A stretch of 24,846 nucleotides of DNA from a virus. Taxonomy: Duplodnaviria; Caudoviricetes. Below the pieces are notes generated by a model, which was not told the DNA's origin, did not search any database, and saw only the letters and a list, made by a program, of their open reading frames with translations. The translations under genes and the position numbers were made by a program. This document shows, in pieces, positions 7,864 to 16,078 of this stretch (the stretch's first letter is position 1; each line of letters begins with the position of its first letter). The stretch spans positions 1 to 24,846 of the IMG/VR virus record IMGVR_UViG_3300049012_000059, one strand, 5' to 3'.

Positions 7864-7879
7864 TGTTTCACGTGGAACG
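7864..7879. promoter_or_regulatory. parS: Chromosomal-type parS-like palindrome
   Basis: TGTTTCACGTGGAACG matches the widespread parS consensus TGTTTCACGTGAAACA at 14/16; sits in a 25 nt intergenic gap. Confidence 0.7.
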
Positions 7880-7888
7880 GGATTGACC

Positions 7889-8146
7889 ATGGATCGCCTC
7901 ATCAAGCTGCTGAAGTGCTACTCGACCTGGGTCGTGTTCCTGCTCGTTGGCGCGGCCGCCTACTGGCTGCAGCTCGGCGAGGAGGAGCAGAAACAGTGGC
8001 TGGCCACCTACCCCTGGCTGCGCCAGGTCAGCCCGCTTGCCGGGCTGGTGCTGTTCATCGCCGCCCGGGCCAAGCCCCAAGGAATTGACGTTCCCATTCC
8101 CCAAAAGGAAACTGCAAATGCAGAAGATCCAGCACAAAAGGGGTGA
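7889..8146 (+). CDS. Holin-like two-TM membrane protein, 85 aa
   Basis: Two hydrophobic helices, YSTW start of TM1, ARAKPQ after TM2, charged C-terminus. Confidence 0.6.
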   Translation: MDRLIKLLKCYSTWVVFLLVGAAAYWLQLGEEEQKQWLATYPWLRQVSPLAGLVLFIAARAKPQGIDVPIPQKETANAEDPAQKG

Positions 8147-8429
8147 CACGTGGGAACCAGCTTGCACGTTTCGAAATGCTGATGGCGTAGCTACTGACTA
8201 TTCGGCGTTGGGAATCACTATTACCAGTCAGGTTCGCACACCGGCTGGGAAACTGATTGCCAACCTGACTGTGGCGGCCGCGGCCGGCACGGGGAATTTC
8301 ACGACCACTGGCGCAACTGCAAGTTGGCCACTTGGGAATCTCCATTGGGATATACAATTCACCCAATCGGGGAAGAGCTTTTCAACCCAGACGGCCGTCA
8401 TCGAGATGGTCAAAGACGTAACCCAATAG
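8118..8429 (+). CDS. Small beta-rich virion protein, BppU/Ig-like, 103 aa
   Basis: AAGGA RBS before ATG 8118; KRGDT start and WDIQFT...STQT motif typical of fibre-anchoring Ig-like modules. Confidence 0.65.
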   Translation: MQKIQHKRGDTWEPACTFRNADGVATDYSALGITITSQVRTPAGKLIANLTVAAAAGTGNFTTTGATASWPLGNLHWDIQFTQSGKSFSTQTAVIEMVKDVTQ

Positions 8430-8439
8430 GAGCGACGAA

Positions 8440-8868
8440 ATGTCCAAGGGTGATACCTTCGAGAATGACCTTCTCAAACTCATTTTCAATGCGACGGCCA
8501 TCGCCAACATCGCGGACAACGCCGCGACGTCGCCCCTGACCAACCTGCAGGTCTCGCTGCACACCGCCGACCCGGGCGACTCGGGCTCGCAGACGACCAA
8601 CGAGGCGACCTACACCAGCTACGCGCGGGTGGCGGTGGCGCGCACCACGGGCGGCTGGACGGTGACCGCGGCCAGCGTCTCGCCGGTGGCGACGATCTCG
8701 TTCCCGGCTGCGACCGGCGGCACGAACACGATCACGCACTTCGGCGTGGGCACGGCGTCGAGCGGCGCCGGCAAGCTGCTGTACAGCGGCACGGTGACGC
8801 CGAACATCTCGGTGACCACCGGCGTGACGCCGCAGCTGTCGACGGCCACGGCCATCACCGAGGACTGA
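8440..8868 (+). CDS. Virion structural protein, mycobacteriophage Gp80-like fibre-associated family, 142 aa
   Basis: AGGAG RBS; recognisable VSLHTADPG...EATYTSYARVAV...ISFPAATGG...ITHFGV motif. Confidence 0.75.
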   Translation: MSKGDTFENDLLKLIFNATAIANIADNAATSPLTNLQVSLHTADPGDSGSQTTNEATYTSYARVAVARTTGGWTVTAASVSPVATISFPAATGGTNTITHFGVGTASSGAGKLLYSGTVTPNISVTTGVTPQLSTATAITED

Positions 8869-8871
8869 GCC

Positions 8872-8961
8872 ATGCAGCGCGCTGCCTGGGCCGCCCTGGC
8901 GGTCGTGGTGGCCCTGCTGATCCTCATGCTGACCCCACTGCTCGCACGAGCGGTGGGCTGA
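8872..8961 (+). CDS. Single-TM microprotein, 29 aa (MQRAAWAALAVVVALLILMLTPLLARAVG)
   Basis: GAGGA RBS, TGAGCCATG junction, fills the intergenic gap. Confidence 0.5.
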   Translation: MQRAAWAALAVVVALLILMLTPLLARAVG

Positions 8962-8983
8962 CCCACACCCTTCGAGGACTGGC

Positions 8984-9316
8984 ATGGCTCAGCACATGTT
9001 CGACACGCAGACCCAGACCACCACGGGGGTCAAGCCTGCGGCGACCTTGACGAAGTTCCCTGAGTTCGGGGCGACGGCAAGCGTGGGCGTGGCCGGCGGC
9101 ACGCCGACGGCCACGGTGCAGCTGCGCGCCTGGAACAACAGCGGGTTCAAAGAGATCCTGGCCACCTTCGTGCTGCCGGTGGGCTCCGGGCCGAAGACGG
9201 GCGACCTGTTCGACAGCGCCGTCATCGCGTCCCAGTGGGAGAACTTCGACTGGAACGTCACGGCGCTGGGCGCCGGCGCCACCGTCACGCTGACGCTGTC
9301 CGGCTCCGGCATCTAG
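8984..9316 (+). CDS. Hypothetical beta-rich protein, 110 aa, probably structural
   Basis: GAGGA RBS; Thr/Gly/Val-rich. Confidence 0.8.
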   Translation: MAQHMFDTQTQTTTGVKPAATLTKFPEFGATASVGVAGGTPTATVQLRAWNNSGFKEILATFVLPVGSGPKTGDLFDSAVIASQWENFDWNVTALGAGATVTLTLSGSGI

Positions 9317-9326
9317 GAGCCGCGCG

Positions 9327-12300
9327 GTGGCGAACACGAATTCCGCGCTCACCGGTTGCGCGGACACCCCCTACGTTGGCCCCCAGGGCCTGCTGTCGCT
9401 GCAGGTAGCCACGACGCAGCCGGCTGGCCGCGGCGTGCTCAACCTGATCGCGGGCGCGGCCGCGGGCGCGAGCATCGCGCTGGGCGTGGGCTTCTCGCTT
9501 GCCCAGGCCGCGGGCGCTGCGGCGGGCACGAGCGGCGCACCAGGCGTCGGCCAGGCGCTTGTCGCGGCGGTGGGTGCAGCAGCTGGCACGGGCTCGGCCG
9601 GCGCCGCGGGCTCGGCCGGCGGCTCGGGGGAATCGTTCACCGCGTTCCAGCTGACGACGACCAACGCGGGCACCGCGACCTATCCCGTCTACCTCGCGCA
9701 TCCGCTGCGCGAGGAGGACGCCACCACGGGGGTGACGTGCAGCGGGCTTGTCGACTACCGCACGGTGGTGCTGCGCGACTGGAATGGCGGCGACGGCAAG
9801 CACGTGTTGATCGTTGGCCGCGCCACGCTCACGCAGAACACGCCGCTGACAGTGAGCCTTGCCAATGGCACGCCGCCGTCTTCGGGCACGGATCTCGTGC
9901 AGACCGACATCCCGGTGGGCACCTACAGCATCGGCATGGGCGCCTTCGGCACGAAGACGTTCAACCCGCGCACCGACACGCCGTACTACAGCAAGCAGAC
10001 GCCGCTGTGCAGCGAGTTCTGGTTCCGCCAGATCGACACTGCGACCCGGATGATGTGCTTCATGGGCGTGCGCGTCTACATCGACGGGCGCGTGCAGTGC
10101 AAGCCGTACATCTCCAATGGCCGCTTGGACAACGGCTCGGGGGCGAAGGACACCACGATCGTCAACAGGACCTTCACGCCGACCTTCGTGGTCAACGGCA
10201 CGCAGGTCTTCAACAACGGCGGCAACCCGTACACGGTGCTGATCGGCCAGCGCATCTTCGGTGACAACGGAGATGACGGCTGGTACTGGACGAACGGCAG
10301 CAACCCGAACATCACGCCGAGCTTCAACACCGCTTACCTGCTGGCCACGAAGCTCTTCCCGATGCTCGAGGGCAACCCGGACAACGCGACGCTTGCCGGG
10401 CTGACGCAGAACTACGTGATGGGCAGCAATGGCCCGCTCGAAGCGCAGATGGGCGGCACCGGTGCGCAGTTCCAAATCGGTCCGGTGACCGATGCGGACG
10501 CGAAGTTCCTCACCAGCAACACTGGCAGCGGCTATAGCGATGCGCGCGCCTACCGTGCGGTGCTGGCCGCCTCGTCGTCGCTCAACTCGTACAACATTGC
10601 GAACGGCTATACGTCGGACGGCAACATCCTCAAGCTGTCGACCTACGGCACCTGGACGCAAGATGGCCCGAACCAGGGCGGCTCCAACGGCGCGGGCAAC
10701 GACAACTACTACTGGGACATCGCGCACCACGGCAGCTGCTTCACCGCTTACGTGGTGACTGGAGACCGTTCGCACTACGAGGCGATGGCGCTGCAGGCGG
10801 CCACGGCTTACCTGTGCGTGCACTCGGCGGCCGGCACAGGTGTCAACCGCAAGGTCACGGGCCCGGAGCTCGAGAGCCAGGCGCAGATCCGCGGCCTTGC
10901 ATGGACCCTGCGCACCTTGGGACAGTTCGCCTGCATCGCGCCGGACGATGAGCTGGGTGCCGGGCAGATCGCCGGTGAGTACCGCACGCTGCTGGCCAAT
11001 AACTACGACTACCTGCTCACGCGGGTGTATGACGGGACGTGGCCGCGTGATCTCGGCATCCTGCACATCCGTGACATGGGCGAGTGGCCTGCGGCTACAC
11101 CGGGCACCTTGCCGTTCTGGCAGCTCAACTTCTTGGCCATCGCGAATGCGATGAACAGCGAGAACGACTGCGTGCCGACGGCGACGTACGCGGCGCTCGA
11201 GCAAGTGCGTGATTTCGGCTACCGCCCGGCGATCGGCATGCTCGGCGGCAGCGGCCTCGCGCACGACCACGACTTCACGCGCGCCGCGTCCTACGGCCAC
11301 AAGCCGGCCGACGACAACGCTGGTGGCGGGGCTTCCAAGAACTATGGCCAGGTCCACCAGAAGACCCATGGTGGCCTGAACACCACCGCGACGAACACAC
11401 TGCAGGGCGACAGCGGTAGTGACCCGGCGACCATGGGCAGCGGCGACAACTACTGGGCGATCCTGAGCTGTGCCATCAGCTACGCCGTGGAGCACAGGGT
11501 CGAGGGTGCGCTCACCGCGTACCGCCGCTTGCACAACGCGACGAACTGGGCCGCCGGTGCGGCGCAGTTCGCGAACTCGCCCAAGTGGGGCATCATGCCT
11601 CGCACGGTGCCGACGGTTCCGTTCACCCTGCCGAGCACGGTCAACACCAGCGTGCTGGTGGGCACGAACACCGCTAGGAGCATCAAGCCGGCTGGTTGGA
11701 CCGACAGCGAGTTCGACCAGGCCACGTTCCACCCATTCGGCGGTGGCGTCTTCGTGCCGTGGTATGGCTCGGCAGGCGGCTGGTTCTTCGTCATTCCAGG
11801 CGGTCACGGCAACCTGGGCCTACTGGCGGCCATCGTCTTCGACGTTGGCACGGAGACCTGGGCGCTCCTGAATAACGCGAACGGCGTTGCCCTGAACTCG
11901 GCTCCGATTCAGCAGAGCCAGGCCAGCGCAGCGCCGTGGTACGAGCTGCTCGAAGCCACGGTCGGCAACTTCCCGGTGCCAGGCCACATCTACGCTTCGC
12001 ACGTCGCGCTGCGGCGAGGTAGGCAAGGTGTGGTCATCATTCCTACGCGCGGCGCCATGTTCACGGGGGAGAACGGCGGCAACTACTCGTCGCCCTCGGC
12101 TCACCAGATGGACTGCGAGACGGGGCTGTTCACCCGCGCTTGCGCCGCGGCGAACGCTGCGTCCACCATCCACGTTGAAGGCTCGTCTGCCTACGACCCG
12201 ATTGCCGGTCGGATCTACTTCACCGATTCCGCGTTCTGGAACCGTCAAACCATCTCGTACATCCGCCTGTCGGATATGACGTTCCAGTCCCTGGCGCTGA

Positions 12301-12749
12301 CCGGCTGGCCGCCATCGGCGACTCCCGACACCTACACGAAGATGGTGATCATCCCGGAACGCCGGGTGCTGCTCTTCTTCGATGGTGCCGGCCTGGTGTT
12401 CGGCGCAGATTTGACGCAGGACCCGACGACCATCGTCACGCTCACGCCGGACGGTGCCTGGGCCGGCAACAGCGGTCAGAACAGCTGGGTCTGGAACCGT
12501 CGCAAGGGCAAGCTCTACCAGAAGTGGAGCTCGACTGGCAACACGCTCAACACCTTCACGCCGCCGCAGACCAGCGCGTACGGCCTGACAGGCCAGTGGT
12601 CGAAGGGCTTCATCACGGTCGGCGGCGCGGGCTTGCCCAACCGTACGGAGACGCAGGAGCACTACACCAACCTCTTCGACAGCGAAGTGACCGACTGCCT
12701 TGGCTGGATCGCTGGTAGCACACAACAGCCCGCGTTCACGCTCATCTGA
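9327..12749 (+). CDS. Large multi-domain fibre-like protein, 1140 aa (Ala/Gly repeats, putative PcRGLX/YetA-like region, putative C-terminal beta-propeller)
   Basis: AGGAG RBS before GTG; long ORF with coherent codon bias; domain calls inferred from motifs. Confidence 0.8.
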   Translation: MANTNSALTGCADTPYVGPQGLLSLQVATTQPAGRGVLNLIAGAAAGASIALGVGFSLAQAAGAAAGTSGAPGVGQALVAAVGAAAGTGSAGAAGSAGGSGESFTAFQLTTTNAGTATYPVYLAHPLREEDATTGVTCSGLVDYRTVVLRDWNGGDGKHVLIVGRATLTQNTPLTVSLANGTPPSSGTDLVQTDIPVGTYSIGMGAFGTKTFNPRTDTPYYSKQTPLCSEFWFRQIDTATRMMCFMGVRVYIDGRVQCKPYISNGRLDNGSGAKDTTIVNRTFTPTFVVNGTQVFNNGGNPYTVLIGQRIFGDNGDDGWYWTNGSNPNITPSFNTAYLLATKLFPMLEGNPDNATLAGLTQNYVMGSNGPLEAQMGGTGAQFQIGPVTDADAKFLTSNTGSGYSDARAYRAVLAASSSLNSYNIANGYTSDGNILKLSTYGTWTQDGPNQGGSNGAGNDNYYWDIAHHGSCFTAYVVTGDRSHYEAMALQAATAYLCVHSAAGTGVNRKVTGPELESQAQIRGLAWTLRTLGQFACIAPDDELGAGQIAGEYRTLLANNYDYLLTRVYDGTWPRDLGILHIRDMGEWPAATPGTLPFWQLNFLAIANAMNSENDCVPTATYAALEQVRDFGYRPAIGMLGGSGLAHDHDFTRAASYGHKPADDNAGGGASKNYGQVHQKTHGGLNTTATNTLQGDSGSDPATMGSGDNYWAILSCAISYAVEHRVEGALTAYRRLHNATNWAAGAAQFANSPKWGIMPRTVPTVPFTLPSTVNTSVLVGTNTARSIKPAGWTDSEFDQATFHPFGGGVFVPWYGSAGGWFFVIPGGHGNLGLLAAIVFDVGTETWALLNNANGVALNSAPIQQSQASAAPWYELLEATVGNFPVPGHIYASHVALRRGRQGVVIIPTRGAMFTGENGGNYSSPSAHQMDCETGLFTRACAAANAASTIHVEGSSAYDPIAGRIYFTDSAFWNRQTISYIRLSDMTFQSLALTGWPPSATPDTYTKMVIIPERRVLLFFDGAGLVFGADLTQDPTTIVTLTPDGAWAGNSGQNSWVWNRRKGKLYQKWSSTGNTLNTFTPPQTSAYGLTGQWSKGFITVGGAGLPNRTETQEHYTNLFDSEVTDCLGWIAGSTQQPAFTLI

Positions 12750-12752
12750 ACC

Positions 12753-13181
12753 ATGGACATCATCATCATCGACGCGAGCAACGCCGACCAGTGGTCCGGC
12801 GGGTTTGGTGACGCCGGCAGCGACGCGCGCTGCCGCGGCATGTTCGTGGCCGACGGTGGGTTCTACGTCCGCGAGATGTACTACCCGGCGGGCATGACTC
12901 ATCCGGGGCACAGCCACTACATCGACCATGTCGGCGTGCTTGTCGATGGCGCGGCGATCGTGCGCTGGCACCACGAGGACAACCTCGAGGAGTGCGGCGA
13001 GTACCACTTGCTCGTGCCCGCGAAGATCCCCGTGCTGCGGGATCGGTGGCACAGCATCCACTTCTTGAAGCCCAGCCGCTGGGAGTGCTGGTTCGCCAAG
13101 GCCGAGGCCGATCGGGTCTACGGTGACGCTTCGAAGGTGCCCTGGCACCTCGAGAAGCCTGATCGCACCGGGAGGCGCTGA
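12753..13181 (+). CDS. Cupin-fold protein, 142 aa
   Basis: YVREMYYPAG...GHSHYIDHVGVLVDG and a later H (WHSIHF) fit the cupin metal-binding motifs. Confidence 0.75.
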   Translation: MDIIIIDASNADQWSGGFGDAGSDARCRGMFVADGGFYVREMYYPAGMTHPGHSHYIDHVGVLVDGAAIVRWHHEDNLEECGEYHLLVPAKIPVLRDRWHSIHFLKPSRWECWFAKAEADRVYGDASKVPWHLEKPDRTGRR

Positions 13182-16048
13182 TGGCCAGTTGGTATGACGC
13201 AATCACCCCTGGCGAATGGGGCGTTGTCGCCGGCGGAACGCTGACGGCCAGCGGGGTCGATCAGTCCAGCGGCCAGGTCATCGACCAGTACAGCACCCTG
13301 GTGGTCAATGACCAGGGCATCTACAACGGCTCGACGTTCATCTCCGGCACGTTCCTCTGCTTCTTCGGCGGCGGCCACGCTGTTTATGGCGGCAACGAGG
13401 TGTATGCCTTCGGCCCGCTGCAGGACGACACGCCGGCCTGGTACCGGCTGCGCGACGCCACGAGCCCGGCGCCGCAGAACGTCTCCGAAGACGCGAACGG
13501 CATGCCCGTTTCGCGCCACACCTACAGCGCGCTCGTCTACATCGGCGGTGCGCGCAACTGGCTGTTCAGCGCCGGCATTCTCGCGCGCTACACCGACGCG
13601 GGTGGTGGGCCCGAGACCCACACGTTCCAGTTCAACACCGCCAGCCCGAACACGAATAACCCGTGGACGAAGCGGGTCAACATGCCGATCGGCGGGGCGG
13701 AGGTTGCGGCCTACGACCCGACGACGGGCTACGTGTGGGCGAACGCTGCGAACGCGGTGCAGCGCATCGACATCGCCGCCAACACGGCGATCAGCAGCAT
13801 CTACAAGTCGCCGAACTGGGGCACGACGGGCTCGGCGTCTGCGATCGACACCGGCCGCGGCTTGTGGTTCATGCTGGGCGGCGTGGCCCTGCAGGGCTAC
13901 CGCCTGAACAACGGCGTCGGCAACGACTACTACAACGTCTCGGTCACCGGCACCGCGCCGGCGCCAGCCTCCGGCTACAAGTCGCTGCTGTGGGATCCGG
14001 TCGACGACCGCTTCGCGTCGTGGTCCGGCAGCGGCAAGCAGATCTTCTTCCTCACGCCGCCCGGCACCAACCCCTACGAGGGTGGCAACAGCTGGACGTG
14101 GAGCAGCTCGACGCCCAGCGGCGGCTCGACGCCGACCAGCGAGAACGCGCAAGGCACGTTCACCCGCTTCGCCTATGTCGGCTCGAGCGGCATCCGCGGC
14201 TACGTGCTGGTCAACCGCGCGGGCGACAGCGTCTACTTCTACCGGCCGACGACGGCCGTGAACCTGCCGGTCGGCGCTGCAGCTGGCACGGGCGCCGCGA
14301 CCGCGACGGGCGTGGCGGCTGGCGTCGGCGGCGGTGCTGCGACCGGCACGGGCGCCGCCACCGCGACGGGCCAATCCCAGGCCCTTGCCACCGGCGCCGC
14401 AGCTGGTGCAGGTGCAGCTGCGGCTGCAGGGCAGTCCCAGGCCCTTGCCCCGGGCGCGGCGGCGGGCAGCGGCGCTGCTTCAGCAGCAGGCGTGGCCGCG
14501 CGCATCGGCGCGGGCGCTGCAACTGGCGCAGGTGTGGCTGCGGCGACGGGCGGATCCCTGGCGCTTGCTCCTGGCGCAGCGGCGGGCGCAGGCACCGCGG
14601 CGGCCACGGGTGTGGCCGCGCGCATCGGCGCGGGCTCGGCGGCGGGCAGCGGCGCGGTCACCGCAACGGGTCAGTCCCTGGCGGGCGGCGCAGGTGCGTC
14701 GGCGGGTGCCGGCGCGGCGGCCGGTGTTGCGCAGGGCTCGCCCTCGGACGGAGCTGCAGCTGGTGCAGGTGCAGCTGCCGCAACGGGCCAGGCTCTCGCG
14801 CTGGCCGCCGGTGCGGCGGCGGGCAGCGGCGCTGCTGCAGCGACGGGTCAATCCCAGGCCCTTGCCACCGGCGCTGCAGCTGGCGCAGGTGCAGCTGCGG
14901 CGACGGGTCAATCCCAGGCCCTGGCCGCCGGCGCGGCGGCGGGCGCCGGCGCGGCCAGCGCCGAATCGAATTCGTCCTTCCGCAGCCCGGATCTGCTGGG
15001 CAACGTGCTGCCGATCTGGCTGCGGCACCGCTATGCCGCGCAGGAGGTGATCGACACCGCGGTGGGCGCGGCGGCGGGCACCGGCACCGCGGCGGCTGTA
15101 GGCCAGTCCCAGGCGCTGGCCGCAGGCGCAGCTGCAGGCACGGGCGCGGCGGCCGCAACGGGCGGGGCTCTGGCCCTTGCCACTGGCGCGGCGGCCGGTA
15201 CCGGTGCGGCGACGGGTGTGAGCGGCGCCTCGGGGGTCGGCACCGGCACTGCAGCGGGTGCAGGCGCAGCCTCGGCGGTGGGCCAGCCTCAGGCCCTTGC
15301 CACCGGCGCTGCAGCGGGTGCAGGTGCAGCTGCGGCGACCGGCCAGGCGCTGGGCATCGGTGTGGGCGCCGCAGCTGGCACCAGCCAGGTGAGCGGGGTC
15401 AACGCGAACACCTACGCCGGCGGCTCTGCAGGTGCTGGCACGGCGGCCGGCGTCGGCCAGGCCCTGTTCATCGCGGCGGCGGCCGCCGCAGGTGCGGCAA
15501 CCGCCGCGGCTGCCGGCCAGTCGTTCGCGCTTGCCGCGGGCTCGAGCTCGGGCAGCTCCACTGCCGCGGCGGACAGTGGTCAGGCATCTGCCGGCACCGG
15601 CGCGGCGGCGGGTGTGTCGACCGCGACCGCCGTCGGTGTGGCGGTGATCCTCGGCGCGGGCGCCGCGGCGGGCACGTCGAGCGTGGCCGGCGCGCTCCAA
15701 GCGCTTGCCGAAGCGCTGGGCAGCGGTGCCGGTTCGGCGGCGGTGCTGGCCGCCAGCCAAGCGGTGGCGCTCTCTGTGGGCGCAGCGGCGGGCACCGGCG
15801 CTGCAGCGGGTGTGGCATTCGGCGCGGTGCAGGCCATCGGCGCAGCCGCTGCGGCCAGCACGGCGGTGGGTGTCGCGGTCTCGCCGGGCATCGTCACCTT
15901 CACGATTCCGATTCCGAATATGAATGGAGAAAGCGTTTCCATCAGTATTTGGAGTGGACGTTACGCAGGTGTTCGGGTGGTTTCCAACGGCAAGGCGTAT
16001 GATTTGCCGCTTGCTTCGCAGCATTTGCCAAGCGAGTTTGCGACTTGA
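13181..16048 (+). CDS. Large fibre-like protein, 955 aa (putative N-terminal beta-propeller, long Ala/Gly repeat stalk)
   Basis: TGATG overlap; GGGHAVYGGNEVY and PVSRHTY motifs; about 530 aa of ~20-aa repeats. Confidence 0.8.
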   Translation: MASWYDAITPGEWGVVAGGTLTASGVDQSSGQVIDQYSTLVVNDQGIYNGSTFISGTFLCFFGGGHAVYGGNEVYAFGPLQDDTPAWYRLRDATSPAPQNVSEDANGMPVSRHTYSALVYIGGARNWLFSAGILARYTDAGGGPETHTFQFNTASPNTNNPWTKRVNMPIGGAEVAAYDPTTGYVWANAANAVQRIDIAANTAISSIYKSPNWGTTGSASAIDTGRGLWFMLGGVALQGYRLNNGVGNDYYNVSVTGTAPAPASGYKSLLWDPVDDRFASWSGSGKQIFFLTPPGTNPYEGGNSWTWSSSTPSGGSTPTSENAQGTFTRFAYVGSSGIRGYVLVNRAGDSVYFYRPTTAVNLPVGAAAGTGAATATGVAAGVGGGAATGTGAATATGQSQALATGAAAGAGAAAAAGQSQALAPGAAAGSGAASAAGVAARIGAGAATGAGVAAATGGSLALAPGAAAGAGTAAATGVAARIGAGSAAGSGAVTATGQSLAGGAGASAGAGAAAGVAQGSPSDGAAAGAGAAAATGQALALAAGAAAGSGAAAATGQSQALATGAAAGAGAAAATGQSQALAAGAAAGAGAASAESNSSFRSPDLLGNVLPIWLRHRYAAQEVIDTAVGAAAGTGTAAAVGQSQALAAGAAAGTGAAAATGGALALATGAAAGTGAATGVSGASGVGTGTAAGAGAASAVGQPQALATGAAAGAGAAAATGQALGIGVGAAAGTSQVSGVNANTYAGGSAGAGTAAGVGQALFIAAAAAAGAATAAAAGQSFALAAGSSSGSSTAAADSGQASAGTGAAAGVSTATAVGVAVILGAGAAAGTSSVAGALQALAEALGSGAGSAAVLAASQAVALSVGAAAGTGAAAGVAFGAVQAIGAAAAASTAVGVAVSPGIVTFTIPIPNMNGESVSISIWSGRYAGVRVVSNGKAYDLPLASQHLPSEFAT
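14273..15870 (+). repeat. Degenerate ~60 nt (20 aa) coding tandem repeat, consensus GAAAGxGAAAATGQSQALAx
   Basis: Visible in the translation; interrupted once near 14965-15060. Confidence 0.9.
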
Positions 16049-16078
16049 TGCCGTATACTTTTCGAATGGAGTTTCGCC

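Noticed and set aside
8142-8158. GACACGTGGGAACC as a second parS
   Set aside because: Left arm does not match and it lies in coding sequence
14273-15870. Repeats as CRISPR array or diversity-generating retroelement
   Set aside because: In-frame degenerate coding repeats without unique spacers; no cas or reverse transcriptase gene, no adenine-specific repeat pair seen
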